In this document: piece by piece, positions 23,870-37,039 of the stretch
Numbering within the stretch: position 1 is the stretch's first letter
How the letters are laid out: every line of letters starts with the position of its first letter
Origin: Rhina ancylostomus
Taxonomy: Eukaryota
Assembly: GCA_030265395.1 (NCBI GenBank)
Contig: JARFYF010000084.1
Span: 10,699,084-10,763,083, forward strand
DNA length: 64,000 nt
Reading direction: 5' to 3'
Translations under genes and position numbers: made by a program
Notes under the pieces: model-generated
The model's input: only the letters and a program-made list of their open reading frames with translations
Told to the model about the DNA's origin: nothing
The model's database searches: none

Positions 23870-25500
23870 AATATCAACAGCAATATCCTAGAAACCATAG
23901 GTCTCTTCCTTAACTTGGGAGTCACCTCTCGTCAAAGGCCAACATTGCTGATAAAATTCATCATTACTTCTAGTGCCCTGCACTGTCTTTGGTTGTTTGA
24001 ATAAAACATTGTTCAAAGATCAAGGCCTCAATCTATGCATTAAGTTTATGGTCTATGAAGCAACAGAGATTCCTGCCTTCCTATATTTCAGGATGACTTG
24101 TAGCTAACACCTCAAAGTACTGGAAAGGTATCATGAATGCCGGCTCTGTAAGTTTCTCCAATCTACCAGTAAAATATGAGCATCAATGTCCTATTCCAAG
24201 CCAAAATTCTAGCATTGAGGCTCCCAATGCCTGAATCCATTCTCCTGAAGCAAGCATTTTACTCTGAGCTCTATCATAGCAGGAGATCACCAAGAGAACA
24301 GCAAAAGTGTTCAAGGCTGTTCCAAACGGCCTTTTTAAAACAAATGTCACTGATTTTCTCTCCTAATGCCCTTAAAAGATTCAAAAACTGTTTCACTGGC
24401 CTTTGAGGAAGTGAGTTCCAGAGCATCAAAGAGAAAAGGATTTGCATCATCTCTGGCTTGAATAGGCGTCCCTTTACTTTTAGACAGTGACACCTAATTC
24501 TTAACACTCATGAGCAATTATCCTCTCCATATCCACCCTATCATGACCCCTTGAGATCCATGGAAATCCATGACAATCCATGACCTATGACTGATTGAAA
24601 TGGAGGAGCACCTGGGAAAGCACTGAGAACCTTTGGTGTTTTTGGAAGGCAGCAAAAGCCAGTGGTATGAGAAGACTACTCACCCATCTATTCCATCAGG
24701 CCCTCATGTCAATTCTTTGAAAGAGCCTGGGGATCTTGTGGATTCTCAGCCACCTCAGAATCCACAGCCCTGGAATGGAAGTGTTATGTACCAGCAGCAA
24801 TAGAAACGCACCGAGTCATGTATAAGTGTTAGAAACTATTTTATTAATAACTACTTGTAATAAAAAAAAGTAAAAATGTTAGATATCACACATAATCCCC
24901 AAAACTAAAAGTGTGTGTGTGGCAAATTCCAAAACTCCAAGTCTAGGGATAGTTCTCAAAGTTCAGTTCAGCAAGTCATAAGGTGAAACGTGGACAAAGG
25001 CTTTTTGCAAAACCACTGTTGACTGAAGAGAAAATGTGAAGAGAAATTAAAAAATCCACATGTTCCATGATGGAACCCATACGACACCTCAATCACTGAT
25101 GATGTCCATTGCTTTGTTCCGAAGTATCTGCCACCCCGAAGGCATTCGATACATGGCCACGCACAGGAATACCTGTTTTCCACTACAGGTTAACAACAAA
25201 GTGGACTCCACTTGTTCGGTCCAAACATCCATACATGGATTATATGTGACAGACACAGGTATTGTGCTTCATCCATTGTTACAGAGACCAGCTCTGTCTG
25301 TCGGTCTCCCTCTCCCTCTCCCTCTCTCCCCCTCCCCTCACTGAGCAAAACAGTCAGAAAGTTGTTATCGTCTTGCTGTGTTGATGATAGCACACACACT
25401 ACTACTCTACTATTCAGGTGCCTTAACGGAACATGCACCAAATAGCAACCTGACTCGTAACAGAAGGCAAGTCATCCTCAAGCCTGAGGGACTGCCTCAG
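23870..25500 (+). mobile_element. RTE-clade LINE 3' portion, interrupted by a CR1 piece (about 24365-24560, minus) and a solo LTR
   Basis: gttcaaagatcaaggcctc...atggtctatgaagcaacagagattcctgccttcctatat. The 3' end caagtcatcctc...gagggactgcct resumes after the LTR. Confidence 0.7.
24782..25462 (-). mobile_element. Solo LTR (681 bp), probably Ty3/Gypsy-type
   Basis: Termini TGTTATG...CGTAACA (TG..CA, short inverted ends), 4-bp TSD GAAG at 24778-81 and 25463-66, and AATAAA on the minus strand about 60 nt from the end. Confidence 0.85.
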
Positions 25501-25739
25501 TAAGGGCAAAAATAGAAATAAAGATTGGGATGATTGTGCAGGTCTTGTAATCTATTTGTAGCTTATAGAGAAGACAAAGCTCAATGCAAATGTATTTACT
25601 TCTTTTTATTTCTGATTATTTGGCATTATTTAATGAAAACTTGAAAGTAAATGGCCATCTGATCATCCTTGATCACCCATTAATAAAGACAGTGAGAAGT
25701 CTAAAAGACCAATTGGTGTACTGAGAAGATTTGGCTGCA

Positions 25740-25905
25740 TAGAGCCTCTATTTTTGCTGAAAAGGAAAATAGCAGGTATTGCATCTCCTGTGGTTGCATG
25801 AGAGAGTTTACTGAGAAGGGAGTGGGTGCTAGTGGACATGGAAGAGTGAACCAGGGTATTGTGAAGGGAATAGTCCTGTTGAATGCTGAAAGGAGAGAGG
25901 AGGGA
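25740..25905 (-). mobile_element. Penelope-like fragment
   Basis: LSPFSIQQDYSLHNTLVHSS resembles the PLE linker preceding the GIY-YIG domain. Confidence 0.55.
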
Positions 25906-25930
25906 AAAATGGTTTATTTTGGTCAATGTC

Positions 25931-26031
25931 TAATATCTAATGTTTTCTTGTTATTACAAGTAGTTATTAATAAATAGGTTTTAATATTGAAACCTTGCCC
26001 GTTGTGTTTCTATTGTTGCTGGTACGTAACA
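25931..26031 (+). mobile_element. 3' end of a second LTR of the same family, in opposite orientation
   Basis: ttattacaagtagttattaataaa...gtttctattgttgctggtacgtaaca is the diverged reverse complement of 24782-24885. Confidence 0.8.
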
Positions 26032-26593
26032 ATGGAGAGTGAAGAGATGGTCCCCTGGTTGATGAATATTTTATAGATCTCTGTTAGCTTTCTGTTAATC
26101 CACACTATTTGCCCTAGGTTATTGTTTTTGGCAGTTTACCCAACACTAAATGCTCTCTAGTTGCTGAGTTATCCTTGGTTGTTACATTTGTAGTTCTTCA
26201 GTCCTCCAGCAACATCCCCTAAGGAGGATTGGAAAATAATGGCATGTGACTCTGAAATTTCTCCCTTACTTTGGCTTGCTAACCAATTTTTTTCCTCGCA
26301 TATCTCTGAAGTATAATTAAAAATGCTGTATAAATAATATTATCTAGATATGTGTCATTTTAACATTTAAGTAATATTCTGTTAACTTATTAATATTTTG
26401 CACTATATCATTATTCTAACCTTTACAAGAAAAACAAGACTTATTTGACTTAGCACTTTGTCTATGCTCTAAGAAATTTTACCACAAATGCAGTATTATA
26501 TAGTGAACTAGTGTGTGCTATTCATTGTTCCTAAAATGGTTCTTGAGCATTCTTGGATGATATGATCTGGTAATACAGGTTTTCTTTCTCCAG

Positions 26594-26652
26594 ATGAAAA
26601 AGACATTCAATGTTTTTTGAAGGAATGAAGCAATGCAATATACATTGCAGGG
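26594..26652 (+). other. Candidate 59-nt second (5'UTR) exon of the divergent gene
   Basis: Strong acceptor tttttctttctccag| and donor GGG|GTAAGT in non-repetitive AT-rich DNA. Confidence 0.55.
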
Positions 26653-27659
26653 GTAAGTGATGGTTTAAGTTAATATATTATCTATTTCCCCTATGTTTAT
26701 ATAATTTGCTTTTGGGTATATAAATTTTGATCAGTTATGTAAGTTTTCTTTAGATTACCGACTTCTTCTATGCTGATCATTAGATTAATTGCACTGGACA
26801 AGGTTACCAACAGTTAAGCGTGTCATGAAGGACTGAATTAGTTGTGACTAATGAGTGACATAGAATTGCACCTTTCATCTGCAAGCAAAGAGAAATAAAC
26901 ACATAATTATTATTTTAAAAGGTGCATTTACATAAGTGTGTATAAACAAAACAAATTGTTTCTTTGTTAAAGAGAACAGTACATTTCAGTGCTACCACTA
27001 CTTTTTTGTATTGGATGTTTACATTTATCTTGGTGCTATATTTTGCTAAAGTACTTATTAAGCTATATCTGAAAATAATATCCAGATTTCAGTCACAGGC
27101 TGCTGGTTCACAGTGGGAGGCCACTTAAGAGATTTACTTTGGAAACTGACAAAGCAATCTCTTCAATTGATACTTGTACAATGATACTTTATCAAACAAT
27201 GTAACATCAATTTCTAGTTAATTATAACAACAACCCTTTATCTACTGCCTACAATATAATCAGAATTCTCTTGCCTGCAGACTACATACCCAAGAGGGCA
27301 TAATTATTGCAAGAGGAACTTTCTGTAGGAATGCAGCTCCACTTATAACATGGTATTCAGTGGGAAATTGCGATATGGGTGATGTTCTAGGAACATAACC
27401 CCTCTGTAACACAGAAGTACACTGTATTTGTAAATTTTAACATATAAAATATCACAAAGCAATTAACACTGGTGTGAAACCAGTTTGGGTAAGAATACTG
27501 GGGATAACTAAAAGCTCATCATAAGTGTTTCTTTAAACCAATCTGTAATTTGGTATAGAACATAGAATACTACAGCACAGTACAGGCCTTTCGGCCCACA
27601 GTGGTGTGCTGACATTTTCTCCCACTCTGAGATCTATCTAACCCTTCCCACAAGAAATT

Positions 27660-28770
27660 TGAGCAATTTGAAGGGGAACTTGGAGCTGATGATTTTCCCT
27701 TTCATCTGCTGGCCTTTTACTACTAGTTGACAAGGTTATTTTTATTGCTGATAATTTGGTTGAATGTAGGAAGATTTCTTATATTGCTGCAGATTGTGTG
27801 GTAATTGCAGTCTTAGGCTCCCACAACAGTAAAATCGAATAGGAATTTCCAGGATAGTGACCAAAAGACAATAAAGAAGCAGCAATGTATGGCCAGTTTA
27901 AGGTAGTATGGGAAGTGAAGGTGAGGCCTTTCCACACAATATTTCTGTTCATAGCTATGGAAGTCACAGGAAAGTTCGATGCTATTAAGGTACCCTTGGT
28001 GAATTGCAGCAATGCATTTGGTGCATATTACTGATTGGTAGGATGGATATTGAGTTGAGTTGTTGAAGATCAGATCATATGAGCTCTTCTGATTTGTATG
28101 GTTTTAAGATCTCCTTCTGTCCTGATGATTTTGATATTATTAAGTTTGAATACTCTCATGATTGTACTCATCCAGCAGTGAGACTTTTATAATCACAAGT
28201 CATATGGATCTTGAAGACTTTAAAATCAAAATAAAATGAGAAAATGATAGAATTACTTGTCAGACAACATCTATGTAAAGATATACAAAGTAAACATTTT
28301 AGAAGTAACTTGTCAGGTTTAATCAATTTTTCTGCACTAGTGGAATCTAGCAATTTATTATCAAGAAGTTTGATCTGAAAAGTTGGAAGGTGGCCTCTAA
28401 CTTTTTGTTTGGTTATGAGCATCAGTGGTATGGCCAGCATTTATTACCCTTCTTACTTACTATCAAGAGTTTGTTTGGTGTGATAAGGAGCTCCCAAAGT
28501 GTTGTCAGGGAGTTACAAGATTTTGACTGAGCAAGAATGAAGCCATGGCAATATTTCTAATTTGGAATGGTGAACAATTTGAAGGGGAACTTGGAGATGA
28601 TGATTTTCCCTTTTGTCTGCTGACCTTTTACTTCTAGGTGATGGTTGAGGGCTGGGAGGTGCTGTTGAAAGCTTGACGAGTTGCTACAGTGCATGCTGTA
28701 GATAGTAAACACCAGACACTGTATGCTAGTGGTGGAGGGAGTGAATGTTTGACAGGTGAATGGGATAGTG
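27660..28770 (-). mobile_element. Two fragments of the second LINE family (about 27660-28080, 28395-28770)
   Basis: Both contain aatttgaaggggaacttggag...gatgattttccc; the second includes the tail gccagcatttattaccc. Confidence 0.7.
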
Positions 28771-28968
28771 AGCAACTGGACTGTTAACTCTATTTCTATT
28801 TCCACAGATGCTGTTTGAGCCACTAGGTGTTTCTGACATTTTCTGTTTTTATTTTAGCATGGATTTTGCCTGGGCATATCATGTTTAAGTGGTGATTTGT
28901 GGATAAGGGCAGTGTGGGTGACCAATAAATAAAATGAAGCTGGAAATCCAAAATCAAAACACAGTCTA

Positions 28969-29175
28969 TAGGTCCTTCCTAGGTTATGTCAGGGATCCGT
29001 TCCTCTGAACTGTTTGTAACCTGGACAGTTCGCAGGTTGGAAATGTTACTGTGAACTGAATTCCCAGGCTGCAGCCCCATAGCAGCTGGCAAATCCATCC
29101 TGCCAGTCTCCCGAGCACTCATTCATATGCACAGGTTGTACGTGAGTCAGGAATTTGTAACCTGCAGAGGATCTG
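28969..29175. mobile_element. Tigger-like MITE
   Basis: TA|taggtccttcctaggttat...gtaacctgcagaggatctg|TA with imperfect TIRs; paralogous to 4661-4885. Confidence 0.72.
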
Positions 29176-29519
29176 TATTCAAAATACTTGGCAGATCAGG
29201 CACAGACTGTGGAGAGAGAAAAACAGAATTAAAATTTCGAGTTGATGTTGTATCTGAATAGTTCTGCCCCAGTTGTCGTTTCCATTGATGGGAAACAAGG
29301 CTGAGTGAAGCTAGTATTAGAAGATATGGGTTGATATTAGCAATGCTTGAAAACTGCTCATTGTGTATTGTATTTGAAGTATCCAAGATTTTGTCACATT
29401 GGAATTCTGAAAGGATAATGCACAGTTCTGATGTAAATGGTGTTTCTCTGAGGTTGGAGTTGTGAGATATGTGTGTAAGGATGAGCTTTATTTTGAAAGT
29501 AGATTAGTGTTTTGCTGTC

Positions 29520-29882
29520 CCATTTTAGTAGAAAATAGTAACATTAGAAGTATATAAAATTATAAGAGGCAGAGATAGAGTAAATAGTCAGAACTTTTCC
29601 ACATGGTATGGGTATCAAAAACAAGAGGGCATGGGTGAGAGCAAGGAGTTTTAAAGGGGATTCAAGGGGAACGTTTTTACATAGAGAAGTTACTGCCAGA
29701 GGATGTGGTGGAGTCAGATACAATCAGTACTTCTAAGAGCTATTTTGACAGACACTTGAATAGGCAAGATATAGGAGATGGACCTAATGTAGACTAATGG
29801 GATTAGTGGAGATGGGCAAAAAGGTTGGCAAGGACATGGCTGGCCAAAGGGCCCTTTTCTGTCCTGCATAACTCTATGACTG
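29520..29882 (+). mobile_element. CR1 3' fragment
   Basis: gaagtatataaaattataagaggcagagatagag, with tail gggcccttttctgtcctgcataactctatgact. Confidence 0.8.
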
Positions 29883-31149
29883 TGAATGATTAACCTCTCA
29901 GTTAGTGAGTGTTACACAGTGGAAACTGAAGTATGGATTGCTGGAATTTGGTCAGGTATTTTAAAAGTTTATTTGTTATTTGAAATTGCATAGCAAATAC
30001 ATGCTGATAGTTTACAGAGTGATTATGTAGGGATAAAGATGGTTTAGCCTTTTTTTTCTCTGGGTAATGATGAGTGCTGCAGTTTTTATATTTCATTGCT
30101 TTGTCTCATTTCCAGATTGCTGCAGAATTTTGATTTTTCTAGACCTTGAACTTACAGATTAACTGCTTTTTGTTTTTGTTTGGTCTGCATGAATTTTTAT
30201 GTATTGGTTGTATCTTGTATACGTCTTAAGTTTATGCTTTCATGAATCTGATGATATTGAACTGAAATAGTTTAAAGATCTTTCAAATGGTTATGTTTCT
30301 ATATGTGTATATAAATTATTTTTAAATATATATTTTTAAATNNNNNNNNNNNNNNNNNNNNNNNNNNNNNNNNNNNNNNNNNNNNNNNNNNNNNNNNNNN
30401 NNNNNNNNNNNNNNNNNNNNNNNNNNNNNNNNNNNNNNNNNNNNNNNNNNNNNNNNNNNNNNNNNNNNNNNNNNNNNNNNNNNNNNNNNNNNNNNNNNNN
30501 NNNNNNNNNNNNNNNNNNNNNNNNNNNNNNNNNNNNNNNNNNNNNNNNNNNNNNNNNNNNNNNNNNNNNNNNNNAAAAACAAATGCAAGTTTGTTGCTCA
30601 GCAGAGTTAGAAAACCTTTTAGGTGGAATGTCTGAGAATTTGTCTGGAGAGTTAGGTTTACTGAAGGTTGGTAAATTCTTAAGGAAGTTGCAGAGAATTG
30701 GACCAAGAATGCTCAAGCTTGTTGTGCTGCATCCACATTTAGAATAGAAATATTCTATGGACAACTGGTGAAATTATAATTGGCTTTATTCAAGCTCTTA
30801 ATTGCAAAGACAACATACAACCACCCACACCTTGTACAGTCTTCTACCCATCAAAGCACAAGGTGATTTGAATCAAGTTCAACGTGGCTTCCTTTCATTC
30901 TGTGTGTCCCAAACTTGAGATCTCTCCTTGCAGGTGTTGGTCTGGGGATTTTTCTGTGATCCCAGGGTCTTATTCTGCTCCATTGTTCAGTGCTGCCTTA
31001 AATCCCGTTTTTAGGACACATCTGTTTCCTATTCCTTCTGTTCTCCTCCAATATGATGGCCCACATCAATAGTCCGATCAAGGTCTGACCCATTTTGTCC
31101 ATCTTTGCCCTGTTACAGCTGGACTACTGGTTGCTACAGTATTGTTTCT

Positions 31150-31320
31150 AACTTGCATTTCACCAACTGTGTACTTGTTGACCCTTACATCAATGCACTC
31201 TGTACTAACTCAATGTAACCACACTGAGTAATGAATTGATCTGTATGATTGGTATGCAAGACAGGTTTTTCACTGTACCTCAGTACAAGTGACAATAATA
31301 AACCAATACCAATAATACCA
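31150..31320 (+). mobile_element. Rex-Babar-type 3' tail
   Basis: gatctgtatgattggtatgcaagacaggtttttcactgtacctcagtacaagtgacaataataaaccaatacc. Confidence 0.7.
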
Positions 31321-31394
31321 ACCAGTTACATTCTAATAGTTAGCATTTGGTCAATCAGCTATAGAGGAGCATGGAATTGAGTGCTCCCTTAGAG

Positions 31395-32690
31395 TTCACT
31401 TAAGGATCTCTATTGCCTCATGGCTTAAGTATTTCTGTCTTTTTCCCTCATTATACTCCATTTGCCAGATCTTTGACCGCTTATTTAATTTATCTGTAGC
31501 ACTTTGTAAACTCTTTATTTCTTCCTCCCACTTTCCTACCTGTCTGTGTATCATCAGAAAACATAGCAAGCATACCTTAAGTCCTTTCTTCCTATTCATT
31601 GTTGACTTTTCCTGAATACTTCGAATTTTTCTAAGTGACCTGCTATAATGCCTTCAATAATGGCTTCTAGTATTTTCTCAAGGACATATGTTGGTTTTTG
31701 TCTCTTTCCTTTTCTGAATAAAGGAGTTACGTTTGCTATTTTATAACTTAATGAACCTTCCCAAAATCTAGGAAATTTTGGAAAATTAAAACTGAATCAG
31801 TTAAATTAGTTAATTAGTCCAGTGAAACATGGTGGGCCAAAGGGCCTGTTCTGTGTAAAACCAATGCATTAACTATCTCACCAACCACTTCTTTAAAGCT
31901 ACTAGGATCAAATCCATGAGCATCTGGAGACTTGTCAGCCTGTAGCTCCATTAATTTGCTCAGCACCACTTTTTTGGTCATTGTAATTTTCATGACTTCC
32001 TCCATCTCTTCCACTTCCTGATTTAGAGCTATTTTTAGGATGTTATTTGCATCCTCTGTAGTAATTCATCTGCCATCTCCTTGTTTCCATTATTAATTCC
32101 CCAAACTAATTTTCTATAGGATCAACATACACTTTATGAACTCTTCTTTAAATACCAATAGAAACTCCTACAATTTTTTATGTGCTTCTGGCTAGCTTTA
32201 TCTCATACTCCAATTTTTCCTTAATATTTTAGTTATTCTTTGCTGTTTTTTATTCTGTCCAGTCTTCTGACCTGCCAAATCTGACACACATATTGTACAA
32301 AAATATGTGTTCTCTTTAAGTTTGATACCACCTAACTTTTTTAGTTAATTGTGGATGATTGGTCCTCCCCTTTGAATTTTTCTTTCTTGTTGGACTGTAC
32401 AAATTCCATATGTTCTGAAAATCCCCTTAAAATATTTGCCACTGCATCTCAATTCACAAACTTCAGGTTTACTTTAGCTATCTTTATGATCTATGAGCTC
32501 TGCGTTCATGCTCTTATAATTGCCTTGGATGCAGTTCTCTCCTCCAAACAAAATGTAAAATTTAATTGTATTATGATTGCTGCTGTCTTGGGCACCTTCA
32601 CAATGAAGTCATTAATTTAATCCCATCTTGTTGCACGATACCAGATCTAGAATAGCCTTCTCACTGGTTGGCTCTAGAAAATGCTCTTAT
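31395..32690 (-). mobile_element. CR1 LINE ORF2 remnant
   Basis: ITMTKKVVLSKLMELQADKSPDAHGFDPSSFKEVVGEIVNAL and KIWQMEYNEGK. Confidence 0.8.
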
Positions 32691-32927
32691 GAGAAACTGA
32701 CCTTATTATTTGCCTTATTAAATAACAACTTGGAGAATACATAGTCACTACAATTCTACGGGGAAAAATGTAAGTTATATAGTGCTGGAAAAAAAATCAC
32801 AATTGATTTTCTAGCAAACATCTCCTGGTATCTTTGAACCCATTTCTACAGAAATTCATCCAGTTATCTACTTGATTCTACTTGTGTTTTCCGCTTGGAA
32901 AAACTTATTAAGATATAAAATATTCAT

Positions 32928-33212
32928 TTATTAGTCACATGTACATCGGAACACACAGTGAAATGCGTCTTTTTGCAGTACTGAGAACATGCTGGGGCAG
33001 CCCACAAGTGTCACCCCTCTTCTGGCACCAACATAGCTTGCCCTCAGCTCCTAACCTGTATGTCTTTGGAATGTGGGAGGAAACCGGAGCACCTGGAGGA
33101 AACCCATGCAGGGACACAGGGAGAACGTACAAACTCCTTACAGACAGCGGCAGAATCGAATTTGGGTCACTGGTGCTCTAATAGCATTACACTAACTGCT
33201 ACACTACCATGC
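32928..33212 (-). mobile_element. V-domain tRNA SINE, tail type A
   Basis: Full head, core and tail; reverse complement of the family at 62338. Confidence 0.88.
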
Positions 33213-34681
33213 CACCATCTTTTAGTAGATTAATTCATAACATTGGATAAAAGTTCCACCTGGCTTCCTTTTTTATTCTTTTAAATATCACATCCAAAGT
33301 TTAAAATTATCGTGCCTTTTCCTGTTGCCTGAAAGATTCTTCCCTTTTATTTTTACATTTTTTTAAAAGTCTGTTTTCCAAAGAAACCTTAATTTCATAA
33401 CTTCTGCTGAACCAAAATGGGAAAATATCATTTTAAAGACACAGGTAACTTCACTTTGCAATTATTCCTTCCTAAATTATCATCTGTTGCATTCAGAATC
33501 TCATCACCATGGTAATCACAAATGAACAAGTTGACAATAGCTGACTGCAGCTGCTTGAAACTCAACTTTGCCTAAAATCAGCACAGCCTTCAAAATTGCT
33601 AATTGGACTTTCCAAAGTAATCAGGTAGCTTAATAAGGGATGTCTTGTGCAATTAATTGTCGTGGTAATTAAAATAATTGGCAGCATTTGTCTGATATTA
33701 GCAGAGATCCAGTAAAGAGTGGACAGTGTCATTGGTGAGGATAATCCCTATCAAATATATTGGTGGATTAATGATAGTTAACAGTGTGGAAAATGCTTAT
33801 GTTAAATTGATATCCATAAATAATGCTAATGACAATAACTGTCAATTTTTATTCAGTTGTAGCATTAGATGTGAAAAAGATTTTTGTGTAAATTTTAAGC
33901 ACAAGTACAAATTAGGTGTTTTCAGGCACCATAAATATTGCATTTCGATAGAAAACAAATCCAATGAGTAGCTTTTTTAAATGTACTTTTTTAAAGTACT
34001 TACCATTCACAATTGTAGTTATCTGGCTTCTTAGACATTCTGAGAGTTGCAAGGGTAAGTAATATGCTTCTGAATAGTCTAATATTCAAGGCCAGTTAGC
34101 TTTGACTAAAAATGATAACCAATACAACTATCTGCAGGTGAAAGATCAGACACAAGTCCCTGTTTTATTGAGGTATAAACTCCAGCCCTAATATTAAAGG
34201 AAACTGTACTAGTACGACAAGTTGTGTACTGCTCTGTTATTCATACATCTGTGCTTCCATTTTGTATTGATAAGTTTTGTTTTATTTGCTTATGCTCAGT
34301 TTTTATGCTGTCTTGCTCATTTGTAGACCATTAAAGTCAGTAGAATCAGCACTGGTGAATGTTTCCACAATATCTTTAGTACATTTGTTTTATGCAGCTG
34401 TATGATCAAGGAAAGGTTTTTTCCCCACCCCTTGTTGTTTTGCTATGTGCTCAGATAATTGGTTTGGCTTTCTCTGAGGCAATATTCAGAATTAGAGAGG
34501 AAGAATGATATCAATATGAAGTAAGGTAGAGAATGAACATAGGAGTAAAAAAAGAGGTAGATAGAAAAAGAATGTTAAAATTAGAATATGAATTTATATG
34601 GTTCCCAGAATTATTTTCAATACTGCGGGTGCTGGTCTAATCAAGACTTTAGATAGCCACATAGCATAAAGTACTGGAGTA

Positions 34682-34727
34682 AAAGGACTGGAATAAAGGG
34701 CCCCTTTCCCCTTTATTCCAGTCCTTT
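34682..34727. repeat. Perfect 19-bp inverted repeat with 8-nt loop
   Basis: aaaggactggaataaaggg-cccctttc-ccctttattccagtccttt. Confidence 0.95.
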
Positions 34728-34974
34728 AGAAGTGAATACCAGATCCCCCTGGAAATGTTCTGTTTGTTTTCTGTATCTTTAGATCTCTACTGCTTCAATC
34801 ATTTTACCATTTAGAAAGTACGTTGTTCTAACTTTGAGTTCAAAGTGGATGACCTCACATTTGCCTACATTAAAATCCATTTGCTACAGACTTGCTCATT
34901 TGCTCAACCTATTGATTCTCATTAAATGTTATGAATTTCAAATTTCCAAGAATAATTCAAACACAGTACACTAC

Positions 34975-35200
34975 AGTAGCGTAGCGGTTAGCGTGACGCT
35001 ATTAAAGCACCAGCAATCAGGTTTTGATTCCCATCGCTGTCTGTAAGGAGTTTGTACGTTCTCCCGTGTCTGTGTGGGTTTCCTCTGGGTGCTTTGGTTT
35101 CCTCCCACATTCTAAAGACGTACGGGTAGGTTAATATGGGTTTAAAACTGGGCGGCGTGGACTCATTGGGCCAGAAGGGCCTGTTACGCTGTAAATAATT
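34975..35200 (+). mobile_element. V-domain tRNA SINE, tail type B
   Basis: A-box-like tagcgtagcgg, B-box-like ggttttgattcc, V core, and tail gggccagaagggcctgttacgctgtaaataa. Confidence 0.88.
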
Positions 35201-36604
35201 TTTAAAATAAAAATTTAAATTTAAAGGAATCACTCCACTCTTTTAGGATACATTGATCAGCAGTCATGTCAAATTATTACATTATGAAAATAGTAGCTTT
35301 GCTGTTAACTTTTTGTGTCAAGGTTAATGTGCAAAGGCATTTATTTCATAAAGAGATGGTTAGAAGTAAGATACGGAAAATTAACAGGATAGTAGTATAA
35401 ATTGTCCAGAAGCTGCAGCAGTGTCCAAATGTTATCGGTTAATAATAGCATGGATTGTTTAGATATCATTATTTTTGTCAGCAACATCTGAATGATAGAG
35501 ATTAGAATGTGGAAGCAGAACAGTTGAATCCAATCAATTAATGTTTGTAATAATAGAATCCATCTTTAATCTGTGTAATTGATCAATTAGTGGATAGTGC
35601 AGATGCTATCTCAAAATTGTATAATAATGGATCCATAACATTTCTTATGTTTTCTGATGCTCAACAAAGGTGCAACTTATATGCTGGATTTTATGGTAAT
35701 TGGGGTCAGCTAGGTTCCCTTTCACAAAGATAGATTGAGTAGCATCTTTTTCATTCTTTTGAGTTATAACCCAGGTTTTCAAGGAAAATGGAATTCTGTC
35801 CCCTTATATCTCGAGTTTTACAGCGCATGACAAGTATAATTCAAAATTACAAACATAATTTACCTGACAGTCCTAGCTTGAAAGATGTCAGCAGAAGTTT
35901 TTGGTCAGTTTAATTAATCCAGCAATGGCTTGTGCACTGTGTAATTTTCTCCACTGTCACTTTCATCTTGATTTAAAGGTGTTATTTTCAATGGTGTCGC
36001 TTTCTGTTGATTTAGTGATGGAAAAAGCTAATTTGACTGGGATATAGGATAACTACACTGATTATACACGCCAAGAGATAAGATTATATTTAAATTGCCC
36101 AGCAACTAAGGATTTTGGCTTCCTGCTTGTCTTTGAATATGCTTAAAAGAAATTAAAGCACAGTGCCTAGAGTTTTCTTTATGATCCTAAGTCAAGCAGG
36201 TTTAATGTGTTCTTTGTAACAGAGCCTTGGCTGAAAAAATAATGAATTCAGCTGTAAGCAGTGATTGAGACCAATTTTCTATTTTATCACATCCTGTTTT
36301 TAGACAGAGGGAGCAACTGGATAGGAGGGGATTGGGCATCCTATCAATTTAAATCAAGGACCATTAAAAATTCAGCAGTTATACAGCCAACACTCTTGTC
36401 ACCAATGGGTTGGGACCTTGTATTATGATAAGCGGGGGTGGGTCATACAATGCTGCACAATGTCATTCTAGTTTTGATTGCTATAGCTGCATCCTAACCT
36501 GTATCCTTCATCATGAATAAGCTTAACAGTCTCAGAGTGTGCTGTTTCCAACTATTTTGTTTTTCTGTGGTTACCCTATGTCTTGAGTCATAAAGGTTTT
36601 CCGT

Positions 36605-36765
36605 CAAAGTAGAGCTTATTGTCATATGCACAAGTACATGTATGCGCAGGTGCAATGAAAAACTTGCAGCAGCATCACAGGAACATATATAAGCAGCATT
36701 CACAAGAAAAACATAAATTAAATGCAACTTTTACAAGAAAAAACAATTAGACAAAAAAAAAGTCC
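36605..36765 (-). mobile_element. LINE 3' tail (Rex-like)
   Basis: cttattgtcatatgcacaagtacatg...caggtgcaatgaaaaactt...gcagcagcatcacagg. Confidence 0.55.
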
Positions 36766-37039
36766 AATTAAGAAACGATTTGGCTGCTGTGGAAAACTGT
36801 TGCTACAATTAAAAAATGATCTCACATCAATGCTGGTTGCAAAAGTAAGTTCAAAAGACCTAGAACCAGCATTTCAGGAGTGAAGTTAGGAAATTCTTTG
36901 GCACAAAGGCTAGGGTAGATATTTGGAACTTCCAGGTGTGGTCCAATTAGAACTTTATATACTCTTAACATTCACCCCACTTTTATTGCAGTCCTTCAGT
37001 TACCTACCCATAGAAATGTTTTGATGATTTTCTCAACTT

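Noticed and set aside
34975-35045. tRNA gene (A and B boxes)
   Set aside because: It is the head of a SINE, continuing into the V core and a LINE-derived tail.
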